Assembly: GCA_043228905.1 (NCBI GenBank)
Contig: JBHGNT010000101.1
Location: forward strand, 25,833-89,832
DNA length: 64,000 nt
Direction: 5' to 3'
Origin: Azolla caroliniana
Taxonomy: Eukaryota; Plantae; Polypodiophyta
Shown here: in pieces, positions 11,201 to 24,999 of the stretch
Layout: every line of letters begins with the position of its first letter
Position numbering within the stretch: the first letter of the stretch is position 1
Notes under the pieces: generated by a model
Database searches by the model: none
What the model was told of the DNA's origin: nothing
What the model saw: only the letters and a program-made list of their open reading frames with translations
Made by a program: the position numbers and the translations under genes

Positions 11201-14200
11201 TTAAAAAATCAAGATTTTGAAACTCAGGTCGAGAGACATGATGAGATTACCAAATTTGAGGAGTGAGTTGAGAGAAGCCCTTGAGTAAATTAAAATGTTC
11301 ATACCTGGCTCGTGTGATATCGGATTTTTGTGTTCAAACATGTGAATCGAAGCTAACAACGCTAGCTATGATATGGAATTAAAAAATCAAGATTTTGAAA
11401 CTCAGGTCGAGAGACATGATGAGATTACCAAATTTGAGGAGTGAGTTGAGAGAAGCCCTTGAGTAAATTAAAATGTTCATACCTGGCTCGTGTGATATCG
11501 GATTTTTGTGTTCAAACATGTGAATCGAAGCTAACAACGCTAGCTATGATAGGGAATTAAAAAGCCAAGATTTTGAAACTCAGGTCGAGAGACATGATGA
11601 GATTACCAAATTTGAGGAGTGAGTTGAGAGAAGCCCTTTAGTTAAATTAAAATGTTCATACCTGGCTCGTGTGATATCGGATTTTTGTGTTCAAACATGC
11701 GAATCGAAGCTAACAACGCTAGCTATGATAGGGAATTAAAAAGCCAAGATTTTGAAACTCAGGTCGAGAGACATGATGAGATTACCAAATTTGAGGAGTG
11801 AGTTGAGAGAAGCCCTTTAGTTAAATTAAAATGTTCATACCTGGCTCGTGTGATATCGGATTTTTGTGTTCAAACATGCAAATCGAAGCTAACTACGCTA
11901 GCTATGATATGGAATTAAAAAATCAAGATTTTGAAACTCAGGTCGAGAGACATGATGAGATTACCAAATTTGAGGAGTGAGTTGAGAGAAGCCCTTGAGT
12001 AAATTAAAATGTTCATACCTGGCTCGTGTGATATCGGATTTTTGTGTTCAAACATGTGAATCGAAGCTAACAACGCTAGCTATGATATGGAATTAAAAAA
12101 TCAAGATTTTGAAACTCAGGTCGAGAGACATGATGAGATTACCAAATTTGAGGAGTGAGTTGAGAGAAGCCCTTGAGTAAATTAAAATGTTCATACCTGG
12201 CTCGTGTGATATCGGATTTTTGTGTTCAAACATGCGAATCGAAGCTAACAACGCTAGCTATGATATGGAATTAAAAAATCAAGATTTTCAAACTCAGGTC
12301 GAGAGACATGATGAGATTACCAAATTTGAGGAGTGAGTTGAGAGAAGCCCTTGAGTAAATTAAAATGTTCATACCTGGCTCGTGTGATATCGGATTTTTG
12401 TGTTCAAACATGCGAATCGAACCTAACAACGCTAGCTATGATATGGAATTAAAAAATCAAGATTTTGAAACTCAGGTCGAGAGACATGATGAGATTACCA
12501 AATTTGAGGAGTGAGTTGAGAGAAGCCCTTGAGTAAATTAAAATGTTCATACCTGGCTCGTGTGATATCGGATTTTTGTGTTCAAACATGCGAATCGAAG
12601 CTAACAACGCTAGCTATGATAGGGAATTAAAAAGCCAAGATTTTGAAACTCAGGTCGAGAGACATGATGAGATTACCAAATTTGAGGAGTGAGTTGAGAC
12701 AAGCCCTTGAGTAAATTAAAATGTTCATACCTGGCTCGTGTGATATCGGATTTTTGTGTTCAAACATGCGAATCGAAGCTAACAACGCTGGCTATTATAT
12801 GGAATTATAGAATCAAGATTTTGAAACTCAGGTCGAGAGACATGATGAGATTACCAAATTTGAGGAGTGAGTTGAGAGAAGCCCTTGAGTAAATTAAAAT
12901 GTTCATACCTGGCTCGTGTGATATCGGATTTTTGTGTTCAAACATGCGAATCGAAGCTAACAACGCTGGCTATTATATGGAATTATAGAATCAAGATTTT
13001 GAAACTCAGGTCGAGAGACATGATGAGATTACCAAATTTTAGGAGTGAGTTGAGAGAAGCCCTTGAGTAAATTAAAATGTTCATACCTGGCTCGTGTGAT
13101 ATCGGATTTTTGTGTTCAAACATGCGAATCGAAGCTAACAACGCTAGCTATGATATGGAATTAGAAAATCAAGATTTTGAAACTCAGGTCGAGAGACATG
13201 ATGAGATTACCAAATTTGAGGAGTGAGTTTAGAGAAGCCCTTGAGTAAATTAAAATGTTCATACCTGGCTCGTGTGATATCCGAATTTTGTGTTCAAACA
13301 TGCGAATCGAACCTAACAACGCTAGCTATGATATGGAATTAAAAAATCAAGATTTTGAAACTCAGGTCGAGAGACATGATGAGATTACCAAATTTGAGGA
13401 GTGAGTTGAGAGAAGCCCTTGAGTAAATTAAAATGTTCATACCTGGCTCGTGTGATATCGGATTTTTGTGTTCAAACATGTGAATCGAAGCTAACAACGC
13501 TAGCTATGATATGGAATTAAAAAATCAAGATTTTCAAACTCAGGTCGAGAGACATGACGAAAATACCAAATTTGAGGAGTGAGTTAAGAAGAGCTATGAG
13601 TTAAATTAAAATGTTCATACCTGGCTCGTGTGATATCGGATTTTTGTGTTCAAACATGCGAATCGAAGGTAACAACGCTAGCTATGATATGGAATTAAAA
13701 AAGCAAGATTTTCAAACTCAGGTCGAGAGACATGATGAGATTACCAAATTTGAGGAGTGAGTTGAGAGAAGCCCTTGAGTAAATTAAAATGTTCATACCT
13801 GGCTCGTGTGATATCCGAATTTTGTGTTCAAACATGCGAATCGAACCTAACAACGCTAGCTATGATATGGAATTAAAAAATCAAGATTTTGAAACTCAGG
13901 TCGAGAGACATGATGAGATTACCAAATTTGAGGAGTGAGTTGAGAGAAGCCCTTGAGTAAATTAAAATGTTCATACCTGGCTCGTGTGATATCGGATTTT
14001 TGTGTTCCAACATGCGAATCGAAGCTAACAACGCTAGCTATGATATGGAATTAAAAAATCAAGATTTTGAAACTCAGATCGAGAGACATGATGAGATTAC
14101 CAAATTCGAGGACTGAGTTGAGAGAAGCCCTTGAGTAAATTAAAATGTTCATACCTGGCTCGTGTGATATCGGATTTTTGTGTTCAAACATGCGAATCGA

Positions 14201-14309
14201 AGCTAACAACGCTAGCTATGATATGGAATTAGAAAATCAAGATTTTGAAACTCAGGTCGAGAGACATGATGAGATTACCAAATTTGAGGAGTGAGTTGAG
14301 AGAAGCCCT

Positions 14310-17300
14310 TGAGTAAATTAAAATGTTCATACCTCGCTCGTGTGATATCAGATTTTTGTGTTCAAACATGAGAATCGAAGCTAACAACGCTAGCTATGAT
14401 ATGGAATTAGAAAATCAAGATTTTGAAACTCAGGTCGAGAGACATGACGAAAATACCAAATTTGAGGAGTGAGTTAAGAAGAGCTATGAGTTAAATTAAA
14501 ATGTTCATACCTGGCTCGTGTGATATCGGATTTTTGTGTTCAAACATGCGAATCGAAGCTAACAATGCTAGCTATGATATGGAGTTAAAAAATCAAGATT
14601 TTGAAACTCAGGTCGGAAGACATGACGAGATTACCAAATTTGAGGAGTGAGTTAAGAAGAGCTATGAGTTAAATTAAAATGTTCATACCTGGCTCGTGTG
14701 ATATCGGATTTTTGTGTTCAAACATGCGAATCGAAGCTAACAACGCTAGCTATGATATGGAATTAGAAAGTCAAGATTTTAAAACTCAGGTCGAGAGACA
14801 TGACGAAAATACCAAATTTGAGGAGTGAGTTAAGAAGAGCTATGAGTTAAATTAAAATGTTCATACCTGGCTCGTGTGATATCGGATTTTTGTGTTCAAA
14901 CATGCGAATCGAACCTAACAATGCTAGCTATGATATGGAGTTAAAAAATCAAGATTTTGAAACTCAGGTCGCGAGACATGACGAAATTACCAAATTTGAG
15001 GAGTGAGTTAAGAAGAGCTATGAGTTAAATTAAAATGTTCATACCTGGCTCGTGTGATATCGGATTTTTGTGTTCAAACATGCGAATCGAAGCTAACAAC
15101 GCTAGCTATGATATGGAATTAGAAAATCAAGATTTTGAAACTCAGGTCGAGAGACATGATGAGATTACCAAATTTGAGCAGTGAGTTGAGAGAAGCCCTT
15201 GAGTAAATTAAAATGTTCATACCTGGCTCGTGTGATATCAGAATTTTGTGTTCAAACATGTGAGTCGAAGCTAACAATGCTAGCTATGATATGGAGTTAA
15301 AAAATCAAGATTTTGAAACTCAGGTCGAGAGACATAACGAAATTACCAAATTTGAGGAGTGAGTTAAGAAGAGCTATGAGTTAAATTAAAATGTTCATAC
15401 CTGGCTCGTGTGATATCGGATTTTTGTGTTCAAACATGCGAATCGAACCTAACAACGCTAGCTATGATATGGAATTAAAAAATCAAGATTTTGAAACTCA
15501 GGTCGAGAGACATGATGAGATTACCAAATTTGAGGAGTGAGTTGAGAGAAGCCCTTGAGTAAATTAAAATGTTCATACCTGGCTCGTGTGATATCGGATT
15601 TTTGTGTTCAAACATGAGAATCGAAGCTAACAACGCTAGCTATGATATGGAATTAGAAAATCAAGATTTTGAAACTCAGGTCGAGAGACATGATGAGATT
15701 ACCAAATTTGAGGAGTGAGTTGAGAGAAGCCCTTGAGTAAATTAAAATGTGAATACCTGGCTCGTGTGATATCGGATTTTTGTGTTCAAACATGTGAATC
15801 GAAGCTAACAACGCTAGCTATGATATGGAATTAAAAAATCAAGATTTTGAAACTCAGGTCGAGAGACATGATGAGATTACCAAATTTGAGGAGTGAGTTA
15901 AGAGAAGCCCTTCAGTAAATTAAAATGTTCATACCTGGCTCGTGTGATATCGGATTTTTGTGTTCAAACATGCGAATCGAAGCTAACAACGCTAGCTATG
16001 ATATGGAATTAGAAAATCAAGATTTTGAAACTCAGGTCGAGAGACATGATGAGATTACCAAATTTGAGGACTGAGTTGAGAGAAGCCCTTGAGTAAATTA
16101 AAATGTTCATACCTGGCTCGTGTGATATCAGAATTTTGTGTTCAAACATGTGAGTCGAAGCTAACATTGCTAGCTATGATATGGAGTTAAAAAATCAAGA
16201 TTTTGAAACTCAGGTCGAGAGCCACGACGAAATTACCAAATTTGAGGAGTGAGTTAAGAAGAGCTATGAGTTAAATTAAAATGTTCATACCTGGCTCGTG
16301 TGATATCGGATTTTTGTGTTCAAGCATGCAAATCGAAGCTAACTACGCTAGCTATGATATGGAATTAAAAAATCAAGATTTTGAAACTCCGGTCGAGAGA
16401 CATGATGAGATTACCAAATTTGAGGACTGAGTTGAGAGAAGCCCTTGAGTAAATTAAAATGTTCATACCTGGCTCGTGTGATATCAGATTTTTGTGTTCA
16501 AACATGGGAATCGAAGCTAACAACGCTAGCTATGATATGGAATTAAAAAATCAAGATTTTGAAACTCAGGTCGAGAGACATGATGAGATTACCAAATTTG
16601 AGGAGTGAGTTGAGAGAAGCCCTTGAGTAAATTAAAATGTTCATACCTGGCTCGTGTGATATCGGATTTTTGTGTTCAAACATGCGAATCGAAGCTAACA
16701 ATGCTAGCTATGATATGGAATTAAAAAATCAAGATTTTGAAACTCAGGTCGAGAGACATGATGAGATTACCAAATTTGAGGAGTGAGTTGAGAGAAGCCC
16801 TTGAGTAAATTAAAATGTTCATACCTGGCTCGTGTGATATCGGATTTTTGTGTTCAAACATGAGAATCGAAGCTAACAACGCTAGCTATGATATGGAATT
16901 AGAAAATCAAGATTTTGAAACTCAGGTCGAGAGACATGACGAAAATACCAAATTTGAGGAGTGAGTTAAGAAGAGCTATGAGTTAAATTAAAATGTTCAT
17001 ACCTGGCTCGTGTGATATCGGATTTTTGTGTTCAAACATGCGAATCGAACCTAACAATGCTAGCTATGATATGGAGTTAAAAAATCAAGATTTTGAAACT
17101 CAGGTCGAGAGACATGATGAGATTACCAAATTTGAGGACTGAGTTGAGAGAAGCCCTTGAGTAAATTAAAATGTTCATACCTGGCTCGTGTGATATCAGA
17201 TTTTTGTGTTCAAACATGAGAATCGAAGCTAACAACGCTAGCTATGATATGGAATTAGAAAATCAAGATTTTGAAACTCAGGTCGAGAGACATGACGAAA

Positions 17301-20300
17301 ATACCAAATTTGAGGAGTGAGTTAAGAAGAGCTATGAGTTAAATTAAAATGTTCATACCTGGCTCGTGTGATATCGGATTTTTGTGTTCAAACATGCGAA
17401 TCGAAGCTAACAATGCTAGCTATGATATGGAGTTAAAAAATCAAGATTTTGAAACTCAGGTCGGAAGACATGACGAGATTACCAAATTTGAGGAGTGAGT
17501 TAAGAAGAGCTATGAGTTAAATTAAAATGTTCATACCTGGCTCGTGTGATATCGGATTTTTGTGTTCAAACATGCGAATCGAAGCTAACAACGCTAGCTA
17601 TGATATGGAATTAGAAAGTCAAGATTTTAAAACTCAGGTCGAGAGACATGACGAAAATACCAAATTTGAGGAGTGAGTTAAGAAGAGCTATGAGTTAAAT
17701 TAAAATGTTCATACCTGGCTCGTGTGATATCGGATTTTTGTGTTCAAACATGCGAATCGAACCTAACAATGCTAGCTATGATATGGAGTTAAAAAATCAA
17801 GATTTTGAAACTCAGGTCGCGAGACATGACGAAATTACCAAATTTGAGGAGTGAGTTAAGAAGAGCTATGAGTTAAATTAAAATGTTCATACCTGGCTCG
17901 TGTGATATCGGATTTTTGTGTTCAAACATGCGAATCGAAGCTAACAACGCTAGCTATGATATGGAATTAGAAAATCAAGATTTTGAAACTCAGGTCGAGA
18001 GACATGATGAGATTACCAAATTTGAGCAGTGAGTTGAGAGAAGCCCTTGAGTAAATTAAAATGTTCATACCTGGCTCGTGTGATATCAGAATTTTGTGTT
18101 CAAACATGTGAGTCGAAGCTAACAATGCTAGCTATGATATGGAGTTAAAAAATCAAGATTTTGAAACTCAGGTCGAGAGACATAACGAAATTACCAAATT
18201 TGAGGAGTGAGTTAAGAAGAGCTATGAGTTAAATTAAAATGTTCATACCTGGCTCGTGTGATATCGGATTTTTGTGTTCAAACATGCGAATCGAACCTAA
18301 CAACGCTAGCTATGATATGGAATTAAAAAATCAAGATTTTGAAACTCAGGTCGAGAGACATGATGAGATTACCAAATTTGAGGAGTGAGTTGAGAGAAGC
18401 CCTTGAGTAAATTAAAATGTTCATACCTGGCTCGTGTGATATCGGATTTTTGTGTTCAAACATGAGAATCGAAGCTAACAACGCTAGCTATGATATGGAA
18501 TTAGAAAATCAAGATTTTGAAACTCAGGTCGAGAGACATGATGAGATTACCAAATTTGAGGAGTGAGTTGAGAGAAGCCCTTGAGTAAATTAAAATGTGA
18601 ATACCTGGCTCGTGTGATATCGGATTTTTGTGTTCAAACATGTGAATCGAAGCTAACAACGCTAGCTATGATATGGAATTAAAAAATCAAGATTTTGAAA
18701 CTCAGGTCGAGAGACATGATGAGATTACCAAATTTGAGGAGTGAGTTAAGAGAAGCCCTTCAGTAAATTAAAATGTTCATACCTGGCTCGTGTGATATCG
18801 GATTTTTGTGTTCAAACATGCGAATCGAAGCTAACAACGCTAGCTATGATATGGAATTAGAAAATCAAGATTTTGAAACTCAGGTCGAGAGACATGATGA
18901 GATTACCAAATTTGAGGACTGAGTTGAGAGAAGCCCTTGAGTAAATTAAAATGTTCATACCTGGCTCGTGTGATATCAGAATTTTGTGTTCAAACATGTG
19001 AGTCGAAGCTAACATTGCTAGCTATGATATGGAGTTAAAAAATCAAGATTTTGAAACTCAGGTCGAGAGCCACGACGAAATTACCAAATTTGAGGAGTGA
19101 GTTAAGAAGAGCTATGAGTTAAATTAAAATGTTCATACCTGGCTCGTGTGATATCGGATTTTTGTGTTCAAGCATGCAAATCGAAGCTAACTACGCTAGC
19201 TATGATATGGAATTAAAAAATCAAGATTTTGAAACTCCGGTCGAGAGACATGATGAGATTACCAAATTTGAGGACTGAGTTGAGAGAAGCCCTTGAGTAA
19301 ATTAAAATGTTCATACCTGGCTCGTGTGATATCAGATTTTTGTGTTCAAACATGGGAATCGAAGCTAACAACGCTAGCTATGATATGGAATTAAAAAATC
19401 AAGATTTTGAAACTCAGGTCGAGAGACATGATGAGATTACCAAATTTGAGGAGTGAGTTGAGAGAAGCCCTTGAGTAAATTAAAATGTTCATACCTGGCT
19501 CGTGTGATATCGGATTTTTGTGTTCAAACATGAGAATCGAAGCTAACAACGCTAGCTATGATATGGAATTAGAAAATCAAGATTTTGAAACTCAGGTCGA
19601 GAGACATGACGAAAATACCAAATTTGAGAAGTGAGTTAAGAAGAGCTATGAGTTAAATTAAAATGTTCATACCTGGCTCGTGTGATATCGGATTTTTGTG
19701 TTCAAACATGCGAATCGAACCTAACAACGCTAGCTATGATATGGAATTAAAAAATCAAGATTTTGAAACTCAGGTCGAGAGACATGATGAGATTACCAAA
19801 TTTGAGGAGTGAGTTGAGAGAAGCCCTTGAGTAAATTAAAATGTTCATACCTGGCTCGTGTGATATCGGATTTTTGTGTTCAAACATGAGAATCGAAGCT
19901 AACAACGCTAGCTATGATATGGAATTAGAAAATCAAGATTTTGAAACTCAGGTCGAGAGACATGACGAAAATACCAAATTTGAGGAGTGAGTTAAGAAGA
20001 GCTATGAGTTAAATTAAAATGTTCATACCTGGCTCGTGTGATATCGGATTTTTGTGTTCAAACATGCGAATCGAAGCTAACAATGCTAGCTATGATATGG
20101 AGTTAAAAAATCAAGATTTTGAACCTCAGGTCGGAAGACATGACGAGATTACCAAATTTGAGGAGTGAGTTAAGAAGAGCTATGAGTTAAATTAAAATGT
20201 TCATACCTGGCTCGTGTGATATCGGATTTTTGTGTTCAAACATGCGAATCGAAGCTAACAACGCTAGCTATGATATGGAATTAGAAAGTCAAGATTTTAA

Positions 20301-22140
20301 AACTCAGGTCGAGAGACATGACGAAAATACCAAATTTGAGGAGTGAGTTAAGAAGAGCTATGAGTTAAATTAAAATGTTCATACCTGGCTCGTGTGATAT
20401 CGGATTTTTGTGTTCAAACATGCGAATCGAACCTAACAATGCTAGCTATGATATGGAGTTAGAAAATCAAGATTTTGAAACTCAGGTCGCGAGACATGAC
20501 GAAATTACCAAATTTGAGGAGTGAGTTAAGAAGAGCTATGAGTTAAATTAAAATGTTCATACCTGGCTCGTGTGATATCGGATTTTTGTGTTCAAACATG
20601 CGAATCGAAGCTAACAACGCTAGCTATGATATGGAATTAGAAAATCAAGATTTTGAAACTCAGGTCGAGAGACATGATGAGATTACCAAATTTGAGGAGT
20701 GAGTTGAGAGAAGCCCTTGAGTAAATTAAAATGTTCATACCTGGCTCGTGTGATATCAGAATTTTGTGTTCAAACATGTGAGTCGAAGCTAACAATGCTA
20801 GCTATGATATGGAGTTAAAAAATCAAGATTTTGAAACTCAGGTCGAGAGACATAACGAAATTACCAAATTTGAGGAGTGAGTTAAGAAGAGCTATGAGTT
20901 AAATTAAAATGTTCATACCTGGCTCGTGTGATATCGGATTTTTGTGTTCAAACATGCGAATCGAACCTAACAACGCTAGCTATGATATGGAATTAAAAAA
21001 TCAAGATTTTGAAACTCAGGTCGAGAGACATGATGAGATTACCAAATTTGAGGAGTGAGTTCAGAGAAGCCCTTGAGTAAATTAAAATGTTCATACCTGG
21101 CTCGTGTGATATCGGATTTTTGTGTTCAAACATGAGAATCGAAGCTAACAACGCTAGCTATGATATGGAATTAAAAAATCAAGATTTTGAAACTCAGGTC
21201 GCGAGACATGACGAAATTACCAAATTTGAGGAGTGAGTTGAGAGAAGCCCTTGAGTAAATTAAAATGTGAATACCTGGCTCGTGTGATATCGGATTTTTG
21301 TGTTCAAACATGTGAATCGAAGCTAACAACGCTAGCTATGATATGGAATTAAAAAATCAAGATTTTGAAACTCAGGTCGAGAGACATGATGAGATTACCA
21401 AATTTGAGGAGTGAGTTAAGAGAAGCCCTTCAGTAAATTAAAATGTTCATACCTGGCTCGTGTGATATCGGATTTTTGTGTTCAAACATGCGAATCGAAG
21501 CTAACAACGCTAGCTATGATATGGAATTAGAAAATCAAGATTTTGAAACTCAGGTCGAGAGACATGATGAGATTACCAAATTTGAGGACTGAGTTGAGAG
21601 AAGCCCTTGAGTAAATTAAAATGTTCATACCTGGCTCGTGTGATATCAGAATTTTGTGTTCAAACATGTGAGTCGAAGCTAACATTGCTAGCTATGATAT
21701 GGAGTTAAAAAATCAAGATTTTGAAACTCAGGTCGAGAGCCACGACGAAATTACCAAATTTGAGGAGTGAGTTAAGAAGAGCTATGAGTTAAATTAAAAT
21801 GTTCATACCTGGCTCGTGTGATATCGGATTTTTGTGTTCAAGCATGCAAATCGAAGCTAACTACGCTAGCTATGATATGGAATTAAAAAATCAAGATTTT
21901 GAAACTCCGGTCGAGAGACATGATGAGATTACCAAATTTGAGGACTGAGTTGAGAGAAGCCCTTGAGTAAATTAAAATGTTCATACCTGGCTCGTGTGAT
22001 ATCGGATTTTTGTGTTCAAACATGGGAATCGAAGCTAACAACGCTAGCTATGATATGGAATTAAAAAATCAAGATTTTGAAACTCAGGTCGAGAGACATG
22101 ATGAGATTACCAAATTTGAGGAGTGAGTTGAGAGAAGCCC
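14310..22140 (+). repeat. Three copies of a 15-16-monomer higher-order repeat
   Basis: TTAGAAAGTC at 14763, 17611 and 20281 (offsets 2848 = 16x178 and 2670 = 15x178); TTTGAGCAGT at 15173 and 18021; GAGCCAC at ~16219, ~19067 and ~21737. Confidence 0.9.
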
Positions 22141-24999
22141 TTGAGTAAATTAAAATGTTCATACCTGGCTCGTGTGATATCGGATTTTTGTGTTCAAACA
22201 TGCGAATCGAAGCTAACAACGCTAGCTATGATATGGAATTAAAAAATCAAGATTTTCAAACTCAGGTCGAGAGACATGATGAGATTACCAAATTTGAGGA
22301 GTGAGTTGAGAGAAGCCCTTGAGTAAATTAAAATGTTCATACCTGGCTCGTGTTATATCGGATTTTTGTGTTCAAACATGCGAATCGAAGCTAACAACGC
22401 TAGCTATGATATGGAATTAAAAAATCAAGATTTTCAAACTCAGGTCGAGAGACATGATGAGATTACCAAATTTGAGGAGTGAGTTGAGAGAAGCCCTTGA
22501 GTAAATTAAAATGTTCATACCTGGCTTGTGTGATATCAGAATTTTGTGTTCAAACATGCGAATCGAAGCTAACAACGCTAGCTATGATATGGAATTAAAA
22601 AATCAAGATTTTGAAACTCAGGTCGCGAGACATGACGAAATTACCAAATTTGAGGAGTGAGTTGAGAGAAGCCCTTGAGTAAATTAAAATGTGAATACCT
22701 GGCTCGTGTGATATCGGATTTTTGTGTTCAAACATGTGAATCGAAGCTAACAACGCTAGCTATGATATGGAATTAAAAAATCAAGATTTTGAAACTCAGG
22801 TCGAGAGACATGATGAGATTACCAAATTTGAGGAGTGAGTTAAGAGAAGCCCTTCAGTAAATTAAAATGTTCATACCTGGCTCGTGTGATATCGGATTTT
22901 TGTGTTCAAACATGCGAATCGAAGCTAACAACGCTAGCTATGATATGGAATTAAGAAATCAAGATTTTGAAACTCAGGTCGAGAGACATGATGAGATTAC
23001 CAAATTTGAGGACTGAGTTAGGAAGAGCTATGAGTTAAATTAAAATGTTCATACCTGGCTCGTGTGATATCGGATTTTTGTGTTCAAACATGAGAATCGA
23101 AGATAACAATGCTAGCTATGATATGGAGTTAAAAAATCAAGATTTTGAAACTCAGGTCGGAAGACATGACGAGATTACCAAATTTGAGGAGTGAGTTAGG
23201 AAGAGCTATGAGTTAAATTAAAATGTTCATACCTGGCTCGTGTGATATGGGATTTTTGTGTTCAAACATGCGAATCGAAGCTAACAACGCTAGCTATGAT
23301 ATGGAATTAAAAAATCAAGATTTTCAAACTCAGGTCGAGAGACATGATGAGATTACCAAATTTGAGGAGTGAGTTGAGAGAAGCCCTTGAGTAAATTAAA
23401 ATGTTCATACCTGGCTCGTGTGATATCGGATTTTTGTGTTCAAACATGCGAATCGAAGCTAACAACGCTAGCTATGATATGGAATTAAAAAATCAAGATT
23501 TTGAAACTCAGGTCGAGAGACATGATGAGATTACCAAATTTGAGGAGTGAGTTGAGAGAAGCCCTTGAGTAAATTAAAATGTTTATACCTGGCTCGTGTG
23601 ATATCGGATTTTTGTGTTCAAACATGCGAATCGAACCTAACAACGCTAGCTATGATATCGAATTAGAAAATCAAGATTTTGAAACTCAGGTCGAGAGACA
23701 TGACGAAAATACCAAATTTGAGGAGTGAGTTAAGAAGAGCTATGAGTTAAATTAAAATGTTCATACCTGGCTCGTGTGATATCGGATTTTTGTGTTCAAA
23801 CATGCGAATCGAAGCTAACAATGCTAGCTATGATATGGAGTTAAAAAATCAAGATTTTGAAACTCAGGTCGGAAGACATGACGAGATTACCAAATTTGAG
23901 GAGTGAGTTAAGAAGAGCTATGAGTTAAATTAAAATGTTCATACCTGGCTCGTGTGATATCGGATTTTTGTGTTCAAACATGCGAATCGAAGCTAACAAC
24001 GCTAGCTATGATATGGAATTAAAAAATCAAGATTTTCAAACTCAGGTCGAGAGACATGATGAGATTACCAAATTTGAGGAGTGAGTTGAGAGAAGCCCTT
24101 GAGTAAATTAAAATGTTCATACCTGGCTTGTGTGATATCAGAATTTTGTGTTCAAACATGCGAATCGAAGCTAACAACGCTAGCTATGATATGGAATTAA
24201 AAAATCAAGATTTTGAAACTCAGGTCGCGAGACATGACGAAATTACCAAATTTGAGGAGTGAGTTGAGAGAAGCCCTTGAGTAAATTAAAATGTGAATAC
24301 CTGGCTCGTGTGATATCGGATTTTTGTGTTCAAACATGTGAATCGAAGCTAACAACGCTAGCTATGATATGGAATTAAAAAATCAAGATTTTGAAACTCA
24401 GGTCGAGAGACATGATGAGATTACCAAATTTGAGGAGTGAGTTAAGAGAAGCCCTTCAGTAAATTAAAATGTTCATACCTGGCTCGTGTGATATCGGATT
24501 TTTGTGTTCAAACATGCGAATCGAAGCTAACAACGCTAGCTATGATATGGAATTAAAAAATCAAGATTTTCAAACTCAGGTCGAGAGACATGATGAGATT
24601 ACCAAATTTGAGGACTGAGTTGAGAGAAGCCCTTGAGTAAATTAAAATGTTCATACCTGGCTCGTGTGATATCAGAATTTTGTGTTCAAACATGTGAGTC
24701 GAAGCTAACATTGCTAGCTATGATATGGAGTTAAAAAATCAAGATTTTGAAACTCAGGTCGAGAGCCACGACGAAATTACCAAATTTGAGGAGTGAGTTA
24801 AGAAGAGCTATGAGTTAAATTAAAATGTTCATACCTGGCTCGTGTGATATCGGATTTTTGTGTTCAAACATGCGAATCGAAGCTAACAATGCTAGCTATG
24901 ATATGGAGTTAAAAAATCAAGATTTTGAAACTCAGGTCGGAAGACATGACGAGATTACCAAATTTGAGGAGTGAGTTAAGAAGAGCTATGAGTTAAATT

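Larger units (their letters stand above)
1..13950 (+). repeat. Satellite sub-domain L (variant set GCTGGCTATTATATGGAATTATAGAATC, GATAGGGAATTAAAAAGCCAAG, ATCCGAATTTT, GAAGGTAAC, CCCTTTAGTT)
   Basis: These variants recur many times up to ~13.8 kb, and I did not see them further right. Confidence 0.85.

Noticed and set aside
443-13070. Seven 61-aa ORFs (MSKLKCSYLARV...) on the + strand
   Set aside because: They start at TTG inside the satellite and exist only because a variant monomer changes an in-frame TAA to TAT. Each spans one monomer, has no recognisable domain, and recurs only through block duplication.
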